This document shows positions 19,630-29,563 of a DNA stretch of 60,677 bases, one piece after another. The notes beneath the pieces are model-generated. The model did no database searches and was not told where the DNA came from. It worked only from the letters and a program-made list of their open reading frames with translations. Numbering within the stretch: the stretch's first letter is position 1; every line of letters starts with the position of its first letter. The position numbers and the translations under genes were made by a program. Source of the stretch: Candidatus Eiseniibacteriota bacterium (lineage in GTDB: Bacteria; Joyebacterota; Joyebacteria; Joyebacterales; Joyebacteraceae). The stretch covers positions 1-60,677 of the forward strand of contig JBDRFG010000034.1 in assembly GCA_043819135.1 (NCBI GenBank), written 5' to 3'.

Positions 19630-19849
19630 CGCGTCCCGCTCCGGACGCCTCGTTCCTTGTCGAGGTGGCCCAACCTCGCACGTCAGGCGACCCGGTCCGG
19701 GAGGGCCGGGTCGCCGCTCTGCACATCTCCCGTCCGGCGACAGCCCGCTCTGGCGTCTTTCTCCCGTCTCGGGCATCCTCGTGGCAGTCCGATTCCAACC
19801 GACTCCCGGCGAGCCGTGTCAGACCGTGCGAGCATCCGACGGGCGCGGG

Positions 19850-20302
19850 TTCTGGGCGGGATGTTCACGGGCGGTGTCTCCGGTAGCTGGGAGAGCGACA
19901 AGCTCGACCCGAACGACCCGCTCCGACATCCTGTTCAGCCGCGACCTGTCGCTGCAGCTCTACGCCCAGCCGTATCTCACCATCGGGGGCTACGGGAACC
20001 CGCGCGAACTGGTTGCGCCCGACACGTACGAGTTGACTCCCGCCGTGGACGTCCCGGGTTTCAGCGCGGACGACGTGGCAGACTACGACTTCGGGTACTC
20101 CGCCATGAACGTCAACGCCGTTCTTCGTTGGGAATATCGACCGGGCAGCACGCTGTATCTGGTATGGAAGCAGGGGAGAGACCTGTGCTACGATCGCTTC
20201 GAGGTTCCCGCGCTCGAGACGTCGCTCGACTTCGACGCCCTCCTTGACACCGAACCGGAGAACGTCTTCCTAGCCAAGATCACCCACTGGTTCTCGACCT
20301 AG
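19850..20302 (+). pseudogene. C-terminal fragment of a DUF5916-like outer-membrane protein
   Basis: LSLQLYAQPY...NVNAVLRWEYRPGSTLYLVW.QGR...NVFLAKITHWF; no start or signal peptide; frame change near 19915. Confidence 0.65.
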
Positions 20303-20341
20303 ATCGCGAGAAGCGGGCACTCAGCCGACACCGCTCGGCGG

Positions 20342-21676
20342 CTATCTGTACATCGCCTTGATCGAGCCCCAGGACGCCTCCTGAACCGGCGCCGCGCACG
20401 CGTCGCAGGTTGTGTAGGGACTCGTGTGTGCGCCTAGAGCGAAATTGAACGGGTTGTTGACCAAGAGGCAGGGCGAGTTGTCACAGAGGTAGTAGTCACC
20501 TTCGAGCACGTCGCAGAAGAGCGGGTCTACCCGGAGGTTCCTGCTGCTCGGGTCGACCGAGAGATTGTCACCTCCGACGTTGCCGAACGCCAGGCAGAGC
20601 GTCGTAGCAACCGAGTTGTAGTCCTCCGCCTGAACAGCGGCGCCCCCCGTCCCGAACGCGAAGATCGACTGGGTGACGGCCATCTCGAACCCGAACTCGC
20701 CGGCCGAGTAGATGCTGCCGCCGTGTCCGGCGCCGTTGAAGCAGAACGTGCAGCTCTGGACGGACAGAGACCTCGTGTAGTCGGTCAGGGCGAAAATGCC
20801 GCCGCCCCGCAGAGTGGCCGTGTTGTACTCGAATACGCAGCCCGCGGCGTTGACCCACGTGAATCCGTTGATGAAGAGCCCGCCGCCGCGCGAAGCCGTG
20901 TTTCCCGTGAATCTGCAGTAGTACACCTTCGAGGGATCCTCGGGCTCGGTCTCACCATTGTCAAGAGTCCCCACATAAACACCGCCGCCGTCGGTCGCGG
21001 AGTTGTCTATGAAGTCGCAGTCCGAGATGTGGACGAGCGTCCCCGTCTTGCAGCACACGCCGCCCCCGCTGTGGCCGGCCACGTTCTCCTCGAAGTCGCA
21101 CTTGGCGATGTCCACGTCCGCTCCGTAACAGTAGATGGCGCCGCCGTAGTCCAGCGCCTCGTTGCCCGTGAATTCACAGGACACGATGTCCATGATGGCC
21201 GAGATGCCGCAGTGCAACGCTCCGCCCCGCACGGCGTAACAGTTCTCGAACGTGCAGCCGAGTATCGCCGGCGCCGAGTTCGAGCAGTAGATCGCGCCGC
21301 CCCATCCCGCGGTCTCGCCGTTCGACGGAGCTCTGCCGTTCATGATCGTGAACCCCTCGATCGTGGTTCCCGGCGACTCGTTGCCGGCGAGCACGAATGC
21401 CCGCCCCGTGTTCTGGCAGTCGATGATGGTCAGGTCGGCCCCCGCCTCTGACAGCAGGTACACGTTCTTCCCGCCGAACGCGATGTCCCGGTTCTGCGGT
21501 CCTGAGTATGTTCCCGGTGCGACGAGGACGGTGTCGCCCCCGCTTGCCGCGGTCATTCCTTCCTGGATGGTCTCGTACTCGCCGCCCCCGTTCAAGTCGA
21601 CGTGGACCGTGCCGGCGGCCGATGTTCCGGCCAGGATGCCGAAGACAGAGACAAGAGATAGCAGATGAGCCTTCAC
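20342..21676 (-). CDS. Secreted right-handed beta-helix protein with C-terminal SWGSIKAMYR tail
   Basis: GAGGAGG RBS with GTG start; YETIQEG..AA.GGDTVLVAPGTY; GGA repeats; DPLFC..SPCL. Confidence 0.88.
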   Translation of the reverse strand: MKAHLLSLVSVFGILAGTSAAGTVHVDLNGGGEYETIQEGMTAASGGDTVLVAPGTYSGPQNRDIAFGGKNVYLLSEAGADLTIIDCQNTGRAFVLAGNESPGTTIEGFTIMNGRAPSNGETAGWGGAIYCSNSAPAILGCTFENCYAVRGGALHCGISAIMDIVSCEFTGNEALDYGGAIYCYGADVDIAKCDFEENVAGHSGGGVCCKTGTLVHISDCDFIDNSATDGGGVYVGTLDNGETEPEDPSKVYYCRFTGNTASRGGGLFINGFTWVNAAGCVFEYNTATLRGGGIFALTDYTRSLSVQSCTFCFNGAGHGGSIYSAGEFGFEMAVTQSIFAFGTGGAAVQAEDYNSVATTLCLAFGNVGGDNLSVDPSSRNLRVDPLFCDVLEGDYYLCDNSPCLLVNNPFNFALGAHTSPYTTCDACAAPVQEASWGSIKAMYR

Positions 21677-22146
21677 CTTGGTCCTCCTCGAGGTGGGCTT
21701 GCGACTGCGGGGGGCGCAGAGGAAGCACACCCATTCTATCGGATTGCGATGCCGTGCACAACTACACGATTCGCGGGGGTGCGATGCGTCCTTTGTCCGG
21801 CAAACAAAGAGATGATGTCGGTCCGTCGAGTCCGTCGTCGCCCGTGCCCTCACTCTGTAAGACCTCGCTGCCCGCGTTCGCGTTTAGCGTCCGAAATACG
21901 GAGCGCCAATCTCTAGCGCCCGCTCGGCGGGCCGGGCGTCCCAGGCCCTCGGGGCCGCCGATTGGCGCTTCCCGAGGCATGTGGTATAGTGACCGTCCGT
22001 GTGGTGGCGTCCCGCGGTCGCGGGGCGAACCTGGAAGGGGCACAGGGGGGAGAGCGTGGCCAGGGATCATCTCAGAATCAGCCGGCTGAGCAGGTTTCGG
22101 ATTCGCCGGACACGAGCCCGCCGAGGCCTGTCAGGGGCCGAGGAGC

Positions 22147-22590
22147 GTGGGGTTGCTCGTGGCCTCGCTTGCGTGCGTCATCTTCTGCTCGCTGACAGTG
22201 GGCTGCGGGGCGCCCGAGAAGTCCGACGGCGGGGAGAGGAACGCTGCTGTTCACGAATGGGGGGACGCACTGGGCAGGTGGCACGGTCACCGATGGACGG
22301 AAGTGCCGCTCGAGACGGAGCGTGACCTTACGCCGGAGCAGAGGGCGGAGTTCACACGCCTTCGCTCCCTCGGCTATCTCCCCGGCTCATCTCCGATTCC
22401 AGCGAACACGGGAGTGGTCGTCTACGACGGCGGCAGGACCTCGGACGGACTGAACTTCTACACGTCCGGTCACTTCCCGGGCGCCGTTCTGATCGATATG
22501 GCCGGCAACCGCCTGCATCCGGCGCCTGGTCGTGGTTCGGCGGTCCGAGGGCCGTCTTCCACGGGGGCGAGCACAGGCGGACCTACGTAG
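22147..22590 (+). pseudogene. N-terminal fragment of an arylsulfotransferase-family lipoprotein
   Basis: EF.RLRSLGYL.GS...GLNFYTSGH..GA.L.DM.G..LH matches the N-terminus of the 33233 paralogue; similarity ends near 22518. Confidence 0.7.
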
Positions 22591-23546
22591 GATTTGTTAG
22601 CTCGACGGGCGACATCGCGCTCGCCCACTTCGACCACGACTCGGGGGAGATAGTGTCGGCCGTGGTCAAGGAACAGCCGCAGCAGGACGACCACGCGAGC
22701 CCGGCCGTCCTCGTTCGTCCGGACCATCGCCTGATGGTCTTCTACAGCGGGCATCGCGGTCGGTGGATGATCTACAGGCTCTCGGCCAACGCGGAGGACA
22801 TCACGTCGTGGGGGACGGAGCACGCCGCGTCCGGTCACACGTCTGATTACGCCGGATACACGTACCCGAACGCGGCCTTCCTTACGGGGGAGGACGACAG
22901 GAGAAACGTCTTCTGGCGGGGGGCGGACTACCTGCCCATGTTCGCGTTCTCGGAGACGGGGATGAGCTGGAGCGAGCCGGCGGTGCTTGTGCGCGCCGAC
23001 GGTTCCCCCGTGGGCAAGATGGAGGACCTGCCGCTCACGTTCGGGGACGCCGACCTGGTCTACGACGCGGCCGGCGCGGGCGCGACGGCATGGCTGTGGG
23101 ACGTTGCGTTCGACGCCTCGGGGAACCCCGTCGTCGCGTACACCGCGTTCCCCCACGTGGACGATCACAGGTACCGCTACGCGCGCTGGGACGGTGTCGC
23201 GTGGGTGGACACGGAGATCGCTCCCGGCGGCGCGCGGTTTCCGACGGTCGAAAAAGGGCGCCGTCACTTCGATCCCTACTACTCGGGTGGAGTGGCCCTG
23301 GACCACACGGACCCGTCGATCGCTTACCTGTCCAGGCCGGTGAGCGGCGTGTTCGAGATCGAGCGTTGGACGACCCCCGACGGCGGGTACAGCTGGACCT
23401 CCGAGGCGGTCACCAGCGGTTCCGTTCACGACAATGTCAGGCCGCTCGTGCCTATCGGCCACGCGCCTGGCGGCCCCGGGCTCATCTGGATGAACGGGTC
23501 CTACGTCGACTTCACGACGTACTCCACCTCTCTGAGGATGAAGTAG
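22521..23546 (+). pseudogene. BNR-4 repeat protein lacking its start/signal peptide and probably internally deleted
   Basis: The 22653 frame extends upstream as GAWSWFGGPRA...; DDHASP, YTYPN, W.WDVA.D..G.P, YSGG..LD, DNVRP. Confidence 0.65.
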
Positions 23547-23615
23547 GTTCGAGGATCCGACACCGCGAGAAGTGTGGTCGCCGGGCCTACCGGGCTGCCG
23601 GGCCGCCGATTGCCG

Positions 23616-23644
23616 TTGACACGGGGCGCGGCTCTTGCTATCCT
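23616..23644 (+). promoter_or_regulatory. Sigma70 promoter
   Basis: TTGACA-17-TATCCT with extended TG. Confidence 0.75.
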
Positions 23645-23650
23645 CGTTTC

Positions 23651-23735
23651 TTTAGTAGGCGGAGCCACGTCGGTGTGCGGACATATCCGAGGACACTAGA
23701 GGGACCTGGCAAACGCGCAGGCTCCCTTTTTGTTT
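23651..23735 (+). ncRNA. Candidate ~85-nt small RNA or attenuator leader upstream of cspA
   Basis: Bounded by the promoter and a terminator (agagggacctg...caggctccctttttgttt); internal hairpin gtgt..cggacatatccg..acac. Confidence 0.45.
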
Positions 23736-23771
23736 GCGCGACAGGTGTCCGGAGCGGCGCCGACAAAGATG

Positions 23772-23786
23772 TGGCATGCTCATTGC
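23772..23786 (+). promoter_or_regulatory. Sigma54-like promoter upstream of cspA
   Basis: TGGCAT-GCTCA-TTGC, GG-N10-GC spacing. Confidence 0.55.
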
Positions 23787-23871
23787 GGGTGAGAGGCCCG
23801 CGTGTTGGCAATGGCCTGCTTGCTTGGAACAAGAGGCCGGCGGCGGCTGCTTAGATGGAGGTAAGTGCTGG

Positions 23872-24087
23872 ATGCGTACGACCGGTAAGGTGAAGTGGTT
23901 CAATGACAGCAAGGGCTTTGGTTTCATCACGCCGGATGATGGGCAGAAGGACTGCTTCGTCCACTTCTCGGCCATCGCGAGCGACGAGACTTTCAGGACC
24001 CTGGGTGAGGGCGACGCCGTCGAGTTCGACATCGTCCAGGGTGAAAAGGGTCCGGCCGCGGAGAACGTCACCAGGCTGCCTGAGTAG
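23872..24087 (+). CDS. cspA: Cold-shock protein
   Basis: [40 protein letters not shown]. Confidence 0.95.
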   Translation: MRTTGKVKWFNDSKGFGFITPDDGQKDCFVHFSAIASDETFRTLGEGDAVEFDIVQGEKGPAAENVTRLPE

Positions 24088-24121
24088 CCCGGTTAGCCCG
24101 GTTGGATAGAACCCGAACGGA

Positions 24122-24162
24122 AGAGGGCCGCCCCGCACTGCGCGGGGTGGCCCTCTAACTTG
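24122..24162. terminator. Terminator between convergent cspA and ompA-like gene
   Basis: agagggccgccccgc...gcggggtggccctct. Confidence 0.7.
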
Positions 24163-24178
24163 TTGCGTCCTGTTGGCG

Positions 24179-24853
24179 CTAGCCCTGCTGCTCCGCCTGT
24201 TCCTCTGCCGCCCTTCTCAGCTCGTCGTTGGCCATGACGGCGACCTCGACGCGGCGGTTGGCCCGCTTGCCGTCGGCAGTGGCGTTGTCCGCGACGGGCT
24301 GGGTCTCACCGTACCACATCACCGACACGCGGCTGGATGAGACGCTTTTCTGCGCGAGGTAGTTCGCGACCGCTCGCGTCCGTCGCTCCGACAGCGTCAT
24401 GTTGTAATCGTCGGTGCCGTCCGAGTCCGTGTGACCCTCGAGGAGGATGTTGGTGTCCTCGTACTTGTTCAGGATGACCGCCAGCTTTGCGATGTTCTCC
24501 TGAGCCTCCACCTTGAGGTCGGACTTGTTGACGTCGAACAGTATACCGGAGCCGAAGGTGACCTTGATGCCCTCGCCGACGCGCTCGACTGTGGCGCCCT
24601 CGAGGTCTTGCTCCATCTCCTCGGCCTGCTCGTCCATGTAGTTACCGATGATGCCGCCGGCCGCTCCGCCGACAACGGCGCCAAGGATCGCGCCCACGGC
24701 AGTGTTCCCGGCCGCGTCGCCTATGACCGCACCGACAGCCGCTCCGCCGGCGCCGCCGATGAGAATTCCCAGGTCCTTGCGGCTCATCGACGCGCAGCCG
24801 AACAGCCCGAACACCATCGCCGCGATCACAACAAGTGTCAGAGTCCTTCGCAT
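24179..24853 (-). CDS. OmpA-family lipoprotein with glycine zipper (YiaD-like)
   Basis: LFGC lipobox, Gly-zipper, EGHTDSDG...N..LSERR, NRRVEV. Confidence 0.92.
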   Translation of the reverse strand: MRRTLTLVVIAAMVFGLFGCASMSRKDLGILIGGAGGAAVGAVIGDAAGNTAVGAILGAVVGGAAGGIIGNYMDEQAEEMEQDLEGATVERVGEGIKVTFGSGILFDVNKSDLKVEAQENIAKLAVILNKYEDTNILLEGHTDSDGTDDYNMTLSERRTRAVANYLAQKSVSSSRVSVMWYGETQPVADNATADGKRANRRVEVAVMANDELRRAAEEQAEQQG

Positions 24854-25169
24854 GGTCACCCTCCTTTTGCTGGTCTGTGCTGCTTCCGGATGCCTCCGGC
24901 AGCTCCGCACCCCCTCATGTCTCAGGAGACCGGTCGTCTCCCGCCGCCGCCGTCGGTCTCGTTTGCCAGGCGACCTTATGCGCTCACACCCCGGGCGCAT
25001 CTGTCAACCCTCCGCGTGAGTTTAGCCGTGCGGCGACACCGGAATCAAGAGACGAGTAACGGCCCCCTGTCATTCGAGGACCGCTCGCTTTCCGCTCTGC
25101 CTGTGCATGAATGTTTGTGCTTTTGGCGAGCCGCCCGGCAAGCGTGGCTACCGCCGCAGGCGGACGATA

Positions 25170-27149
25170 CTATCGCAGGACGAGCAGCTTGGAGCGAAGA
25201 GTGCCGGCCTGGTTCGCGACGACGCAGAAGTATGTGCCGCTCGCGACCCGCTGTCCGCTGTCATCTCTGGCGTTCCATCGGACGGTCCGTGGTTCGGGTC
25301 CCGACGAGCCGCCGTCAAGTGTCCGGACGAGTCTCCCGACAGCATCGTAGATCCGCAGTGAGTTCCGACCGCCCCGGTCGCTCTCCGATGCGGCACGCGG
25401 CGGAGCGAACCTGATGGACGTCTGGGTCACCATTGGATTCGGGAAGATCCAGATCTGCCCGGCAGCGCCCGCGCCCGCCATGATCCTGACCCCGGCGGAG
25501 AGGTCGCTCTCGTTGCCCGCGGCGTCATGGGCGGCGACCGCGTAGTCGTAGTACATGCCCGGCTGGACGCTCGCGTCGCTGTAGGTGGTCTGTCCCTCCG
25601 GCACGGTGTCGACGTTCGTGTAGAGGAGATCTCCCTCGCGTCTTCTGTAGACCGTGTAGCCGGCAAGTCCTGCACCGAGTACCGTCTCCCACGAGAGGTC
25701 GATCGAGGATTCCCTGGAAGTGGCCGTCAGTCCCTCCGGCGCGCAGGGCGGGGAGAGGTCCGCGGCGCCGTGCGTCGAGAACAACATGTCGTTCGAGACT
25801 GCTTCGAGTTCGTGCCCGGCGCTGCTCGAGACCCTGAAGTGGTAGAGCATACGGGTCTCCAGTCCGCCAAGCGCGACGCTGTGCTGTATGACCTTCTCGT
25901 CGTCCGCGGCGGTTTGTCCATAACCGGTGTCGGCTCCGTACTCCACGAGGGACGTCGCAGGCAGGTTCGTCGTCCACTGGACCGTGGCCGCGGGTCCATC
26001 TACGACGTGAACGCTGACGTTGTAGATGACGAGCAGCTCTGTCTCATCGATCGGAGTTGTGGCGAACGTAAGGTCAGGCGAGGTCGCCTCGTGGCCTCCC
26101 ACGTCGGTCGAGATGGCCACGAAGTGGTAGAGCGTCCCGGGCGTGAGCCCGTCCAGCACTATGAGGTGCCCCGTGACCAGATCGGCCCCAAATGCCGAAA
26201 AATGGCCGTAATCAGGGGTTGTTCCGTAGGCGACCTGGGACGTGGCCGGCACAGTCGTCCACCAGCGGATGGTCGCGGTGGTCTGTGTCACATCGAGAAG
26301 TGACACTCCGATGATCTGAACCGCCTCTGCTGCAGTCGTGACGGTCGCCACGTCGGACACGGCCTCGCAGCCGCAATCGTCCACGCTCCTCACTCTGAAG
26401 TAGTACGTCTCGTCCATCGAGAGATCACCGACTGTAATCTCGTGGTCCGTCACAGGATCGGGCAGCAACACGACGCCATCGTCGCATGAACTCTGCTGAC
26501 CGTACTCGATGCGGGAGTCGGCCGGAGTGGTTGTTGTCCACGCGACCCTGAACGACGTCGCCGAGACATCAGCCACGGTAATGTCGGTGATGTACGGGCG
26601 CCGGGGGCACGTGTCGAACGATAGCTCGTTGGTGACCGTCCAGTTGCCGAACGCGTCCGTCGACCTCACCTGATAGTAGTACGTGATCTCGGGTGTTAAC
26701 ATTCCGAGTGCCGCTTCGTGGTCGAGCGCGAGATCGAGCTGTTCCGGGGATGAGTCGGAGTAGTTCCCGCTGGACGTTCCGTACTCCACGTGCGACCACG
26801 CGGGTCTGTCGGTCTGCCAGCAGAAGACCGCACTGGTGTCGAGTTCGGTGACCGTGCAGTCGAACACCAGCGGAGGCCCCGGCTGACGCAGGCATATCAT
26901 GCCGATGTCCGGGAGGTCGCTCTGATCGACGGTGAACCCGACGATCCCGAGCGCGTCGGACGCGACGGGTTCATTGTAGAGGAGGGAGTCATCACACGTG
27001 ATCTCGAAGCCCGCGTTCGGTGTCATTCCCACGAGCACGTGAGAACTGGCCGACGAGCTCTCGGGAGACTCGGCGCGCAGAGTGTGTGTAGGGACACACA
27101 ACACCAGGGCAAGGATGCCCAGTATTGGGAGCAGTCTTAGTCGTGTCAT
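25170..27149 (-). CDS. Secreted fibronectin type III repeat protein with FlgD/T9SS-like tail
   Basis: Four W.T..PA.S.VEYG...H...L..L...T.Y.F.V.S repeats, FN3 with D.AGNES, FPNPM...YDAVGRLVR...SGTYF...KLLVLR. Confidence 0.85.
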   Translation of the reverse strand: MTRLRLLPILGILALVLCVPTHTLRAESPESSSASSHVLVGMTPNAGFEITCDDSLLYNEPVASDALGIVGFTVDQSDLPDIGMICLRQPGPPLVFDCTVTELDTSAVFCWQTDRPAWSHVEYGTSSGNYSDSSPEQLDLALDHEAALGMLTPEITYYYQVRSTDAFGNWTVTNELSFDTCPRRPYITDITVADVSATSFRVAWTTTTPADSRIEYGQQSSCDDGVVLLPDPVTDHEITVGDLSMDETYYFRVRSVDDCGCEAVSDVATVTTAAEAVQIIGVSLLDVTQTTATIRWWTTVPATSQVAYGTTPDYGHFSAFGADLVTGHLIVLDGLTPGTLYHFVAISTDVGGHEATSPDLTFATTPIDETELLVIYNVSVHVVDGPAATVQWTTNLPATSLVEYGADTGYGQTAADDEKVIQHSVALGGLETRMLYHFRVSSSAGHELEAVSNDMLFSTHGAADLSPPCAPEGLTATSRESSIDLSWETVLGAGLAGYTVYRRREGDLLYTNVDTVPEGQTTYSDASVQPGMYYDYAVAAHDAAGNESDLSAGVRIMAGAGAAGQIWIFPNPMVTQTSIRFAPPRAASESDRGGRNSLRIYDAVGRLVRTLDGGSSGPEPRTVRWNARDDSGQRVASGTYFCVVANQAGTLRSKLLVLR

Positions 27150-27549
27150 ATGCAATCGCTTGTTGCCGACCCGGTCTCCCGAAGTCGGCGTGCCAACCCG
27201 TGCCAACGGAATTGCGAGCATTGTAGTGCTGAGCATGGAACCTGTCAAGTCCTCTGATGCCCAATAATGGGGCATTGCAGTGAAAGCTCGATGACGTGTG
27301 CGCACAGTTTGTGTGAGCTGCGACTTGTGTTACTCCGAGTGCGTCGGGATCGCCGGGCTCCGCGCCCGCGGGCCTGGCAGTCAGCAGAGCATATTCCAGG
27401 CCCGAGGGGCGTCCGGGAGGCGAAGCGGGGGACCGGAGTGGGCTGCAGTCAGTGGTGAGGCGCCGAGGCCTGGTGAGAGGCCCGGCGCGAGGAAGCCGAG
27501 CTACGAGGGAGCGGAACTATGTAGAGAAAGGGGCTGCGAGAGGTCCGGG

Positions 27550-28611
27550 CTACCTGAAGAGCGCCTTGATGCTGCTCCAACCGGAGTGCTGAATGGGGGA
27601 GTTGCAGTCGGGGCAGCCCTGCGCCTTGCTGCCTACCTGAAGGCCCCAGATGTTGTTGGACTGGAGGCAGGGCGAGTTGCTGCACAGGCTCATGTTGCCG
27701 CCGTCGATGCCGTAGAGGTCGCAGACGCGCGGGTCAACGAATTCGTTGTCGTGCACGTTCCCGGGCAGGTCGTCACCGTTGGCGTTGCCGAATACGCAGC
27801 AGTGGAAGATCTCCGGAGTCCCGCCGGCCACGGCCCTGCCCAGCCGGCCGAACGCCAGCACGCACTGCTCTATCACGGCCGACCTGCCTGGACGTGTGGT
27901 CTGGAACCGCACGCCTGCTCCGGTGGCACCCTCGTTGTTCGCCAGCGTGCACAGGCTCATCGTAAGATCGGTGTCCACGAGCGAGATGGCGCCGCCGTCG
28001 GCGGCTTCATTGTCGCTGAACGTGCAGGCGGTGATTGTGATGTCCGAATCCGTCGCGTGGATGGCCCCGCCAACACCCGATGCGTGGTTCCCGTAGAACG
28101 CGCAGTCCGTGATGCGGGTCGGGCCATGCGTGAGTATTATCGCGCCACCGTCGGCCGACGTGGAGTTGTCGCGGAACATGCAGTCAGAGATGCGTGGGGA
28201 GCCGCCTTCACACTTGATGGCGCCTCCGCCGTCAGTCGCGTGCCCGTTCAGGAAGGTGAAGCCGGTGATGTGGGACGTGGAGTCGGTGCCGGTCGAGAGC
28301 AGGATCGCCCGGTCGGCGCCCTCGCAGTCGATGGCGATCATGTCGGGACCCGTGAGAGACCACAGTGTGATGTTCTTCCCGCCGAAATCGAGACCGCGAT
28401 TCCCCAGGCCACGGAACGTCACCGGCACTCCGAGGCTAATGGTCGCGCCGACCATGACGGTCCCGCCGTCGGACACGGCGTCGATCCCATCCTGAATGCG
28501 CGAGAAATTAGGGTCCTGGCCGTCGTAGTCGACAAACACTGTGTCGGCAGACGACACGGCCGGGTGGAACGCTGCCACGAGCAGGAGAACACCGAAGACG
28601 ATGCTCTTCAT
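27550..28611 (-). CDS. Secreted right-handed beta-helix protein with C-terminal GWSSIKALFR tail
   Basis: Signal peptide; IQDGIDA; GGAI/FxxN repeats; DP.VC...SPCL..NN.WG. Confidence 0.85.
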   Translation of the reverse strand: MKSIVFGVLLLVAAFHPAVSSADTVFVDYDGQDPNFSRIQDGIDAVSDGGTVMVGATISLGVPVTFRGLGNRGLDFGGKNITLWSLTGPDMIAIDCEGADRAILLSTGTDSTSHITGFTFLNGHATDGGGAIKCEGGSPRISDCMFRDNSTSADGGAIILTHGPTRITDCAFYGNHASGVGGAIHATDSDITITACTFSDNEAADGGAISLVDTDLTMSLCTLANNEGATGAGVRFQTTRPGRSAVIEQCVLAFGRLGRAVAGGTPEIFHCCVFGNANGDDLPGNVHDNEFVDPRVCDLYGIDGGNMSLCSNSPCLQSNNIWGLQVGSKAQGCPDCNSPIQHSGWSSIKALFR

Positions 28612-28735
28612 CTGAAACACTCTCTTCTCGGGGATCCCGGGGTGCGAGCCACACTACCATAAAAGCGTACCCGCTGGTGGCGGTCGCGTCAACTTTGAAA
28701 CGCGAACCGTTTCATCCCCTGCGACTCGGTGCGTT

Positions 28736-29563
28736 CTACCTCTCTACGCCGCTAGTCAACCCCTCGACGATCCTTCTTTGAAAGAGCGCGACCAGCGCGA
28801 GAACGGGCAGGACGCTCACGACCGTGGCGGCCGCGATGGTCGCCCACGGGAGCTCGTGCAGCCCGGCGAAGAGCGCCAGGGCAACCGGGACGGTTCTGGA
28901 CTCCGGCGTGGACGTCAGTATCAGCGCGAAGAGGAATTCGTTCCAGGCGAAGATGAAGATCAGCACGGCCGACGTGAACACGCCGGGGGCGGCGATCGGC
29001 AGTATGACCTGCAGGAATGCCCTCGCGGGCGTGCACCCGTCGACCATGGCCGCGTCCTCGAGGCTCGTGGGCAGCGTCGAGAAGAAGTGCGTCAGGATCC
29101 ACACGGCCAGTGGCAGCGACAGCAGGGTGTAGGGGAGGACGAGCGCCGGATAGCGGTTGATGAGCCCCAGTCTCGCCATCCCGATATAGAGCGGGCCGAT
29201 CATCCCGATGGCCGGGAATATGGCGATGCCGAGGAAGAGGGCGAGGATGGCGTTCCTGTATCTCACCTTCAGGCGAGCGAGGGCGTAGGCCGCCGGAGCG
29301 CCGAGGGCGAGAGTCAGCAGGGTCGTCAGCGACGCGACCGCGAAGCTGTTGGCGATGTTCCGCGGGAACTGGTTGACCTCGAAGACAGCCCGGAAGTTCT
29401 CGCCGACGGCGGGGCTGGGGAAGTAGTCGAGCGGCTTCTTGTAGAGCGCGTCGGGCGAGCTGAGTGCGACGTTCACGATCCAGTAGAGAGGGAAGAGACA
29501 CGCGAGCACGAGCAACCCCCTCGCGGCCCAGAGCAAGAGTTTCTTCCCCCGAAAACGTTTCAC
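28736..29563 (-). CDS. Carbohydrate ABC transporter permease (MalG-like)
   Basis: LEDAAMVDG EAA motif, FIFAWNEFLFA; GTG start overlaps the upstream TGA. Confidence 0.92.
   Translation of the reverse strand: MKRFRGKKLLLWAARGLLVLACLFPLYWIVNVALSSPDALYKKPLDYFPSPAVGENFRAVFEVNQFPRNIANSFAVASLTTLLTLALGAPAAYALARLKVRYRNAILALFLGIAIFPAIGMIGPLYIGMARLGLINRYPALVLPYTLLSLPLAVWILTHFFSTLPTSLEDAAMVDGCTPARAFLQVILPIAAPGVFTSAVLIFIFAWNEFLFALILTSTPESRTVPVALALFAGLHELPWATIAAATVVSVLPVLALVALFQRRIVEGLTSGVER

Noticed and set aside
27189..27207. Tandem TTGGCACG as a sigma54 promoter
   Set aside because: GG-to-GC spacing is 9, not 10.
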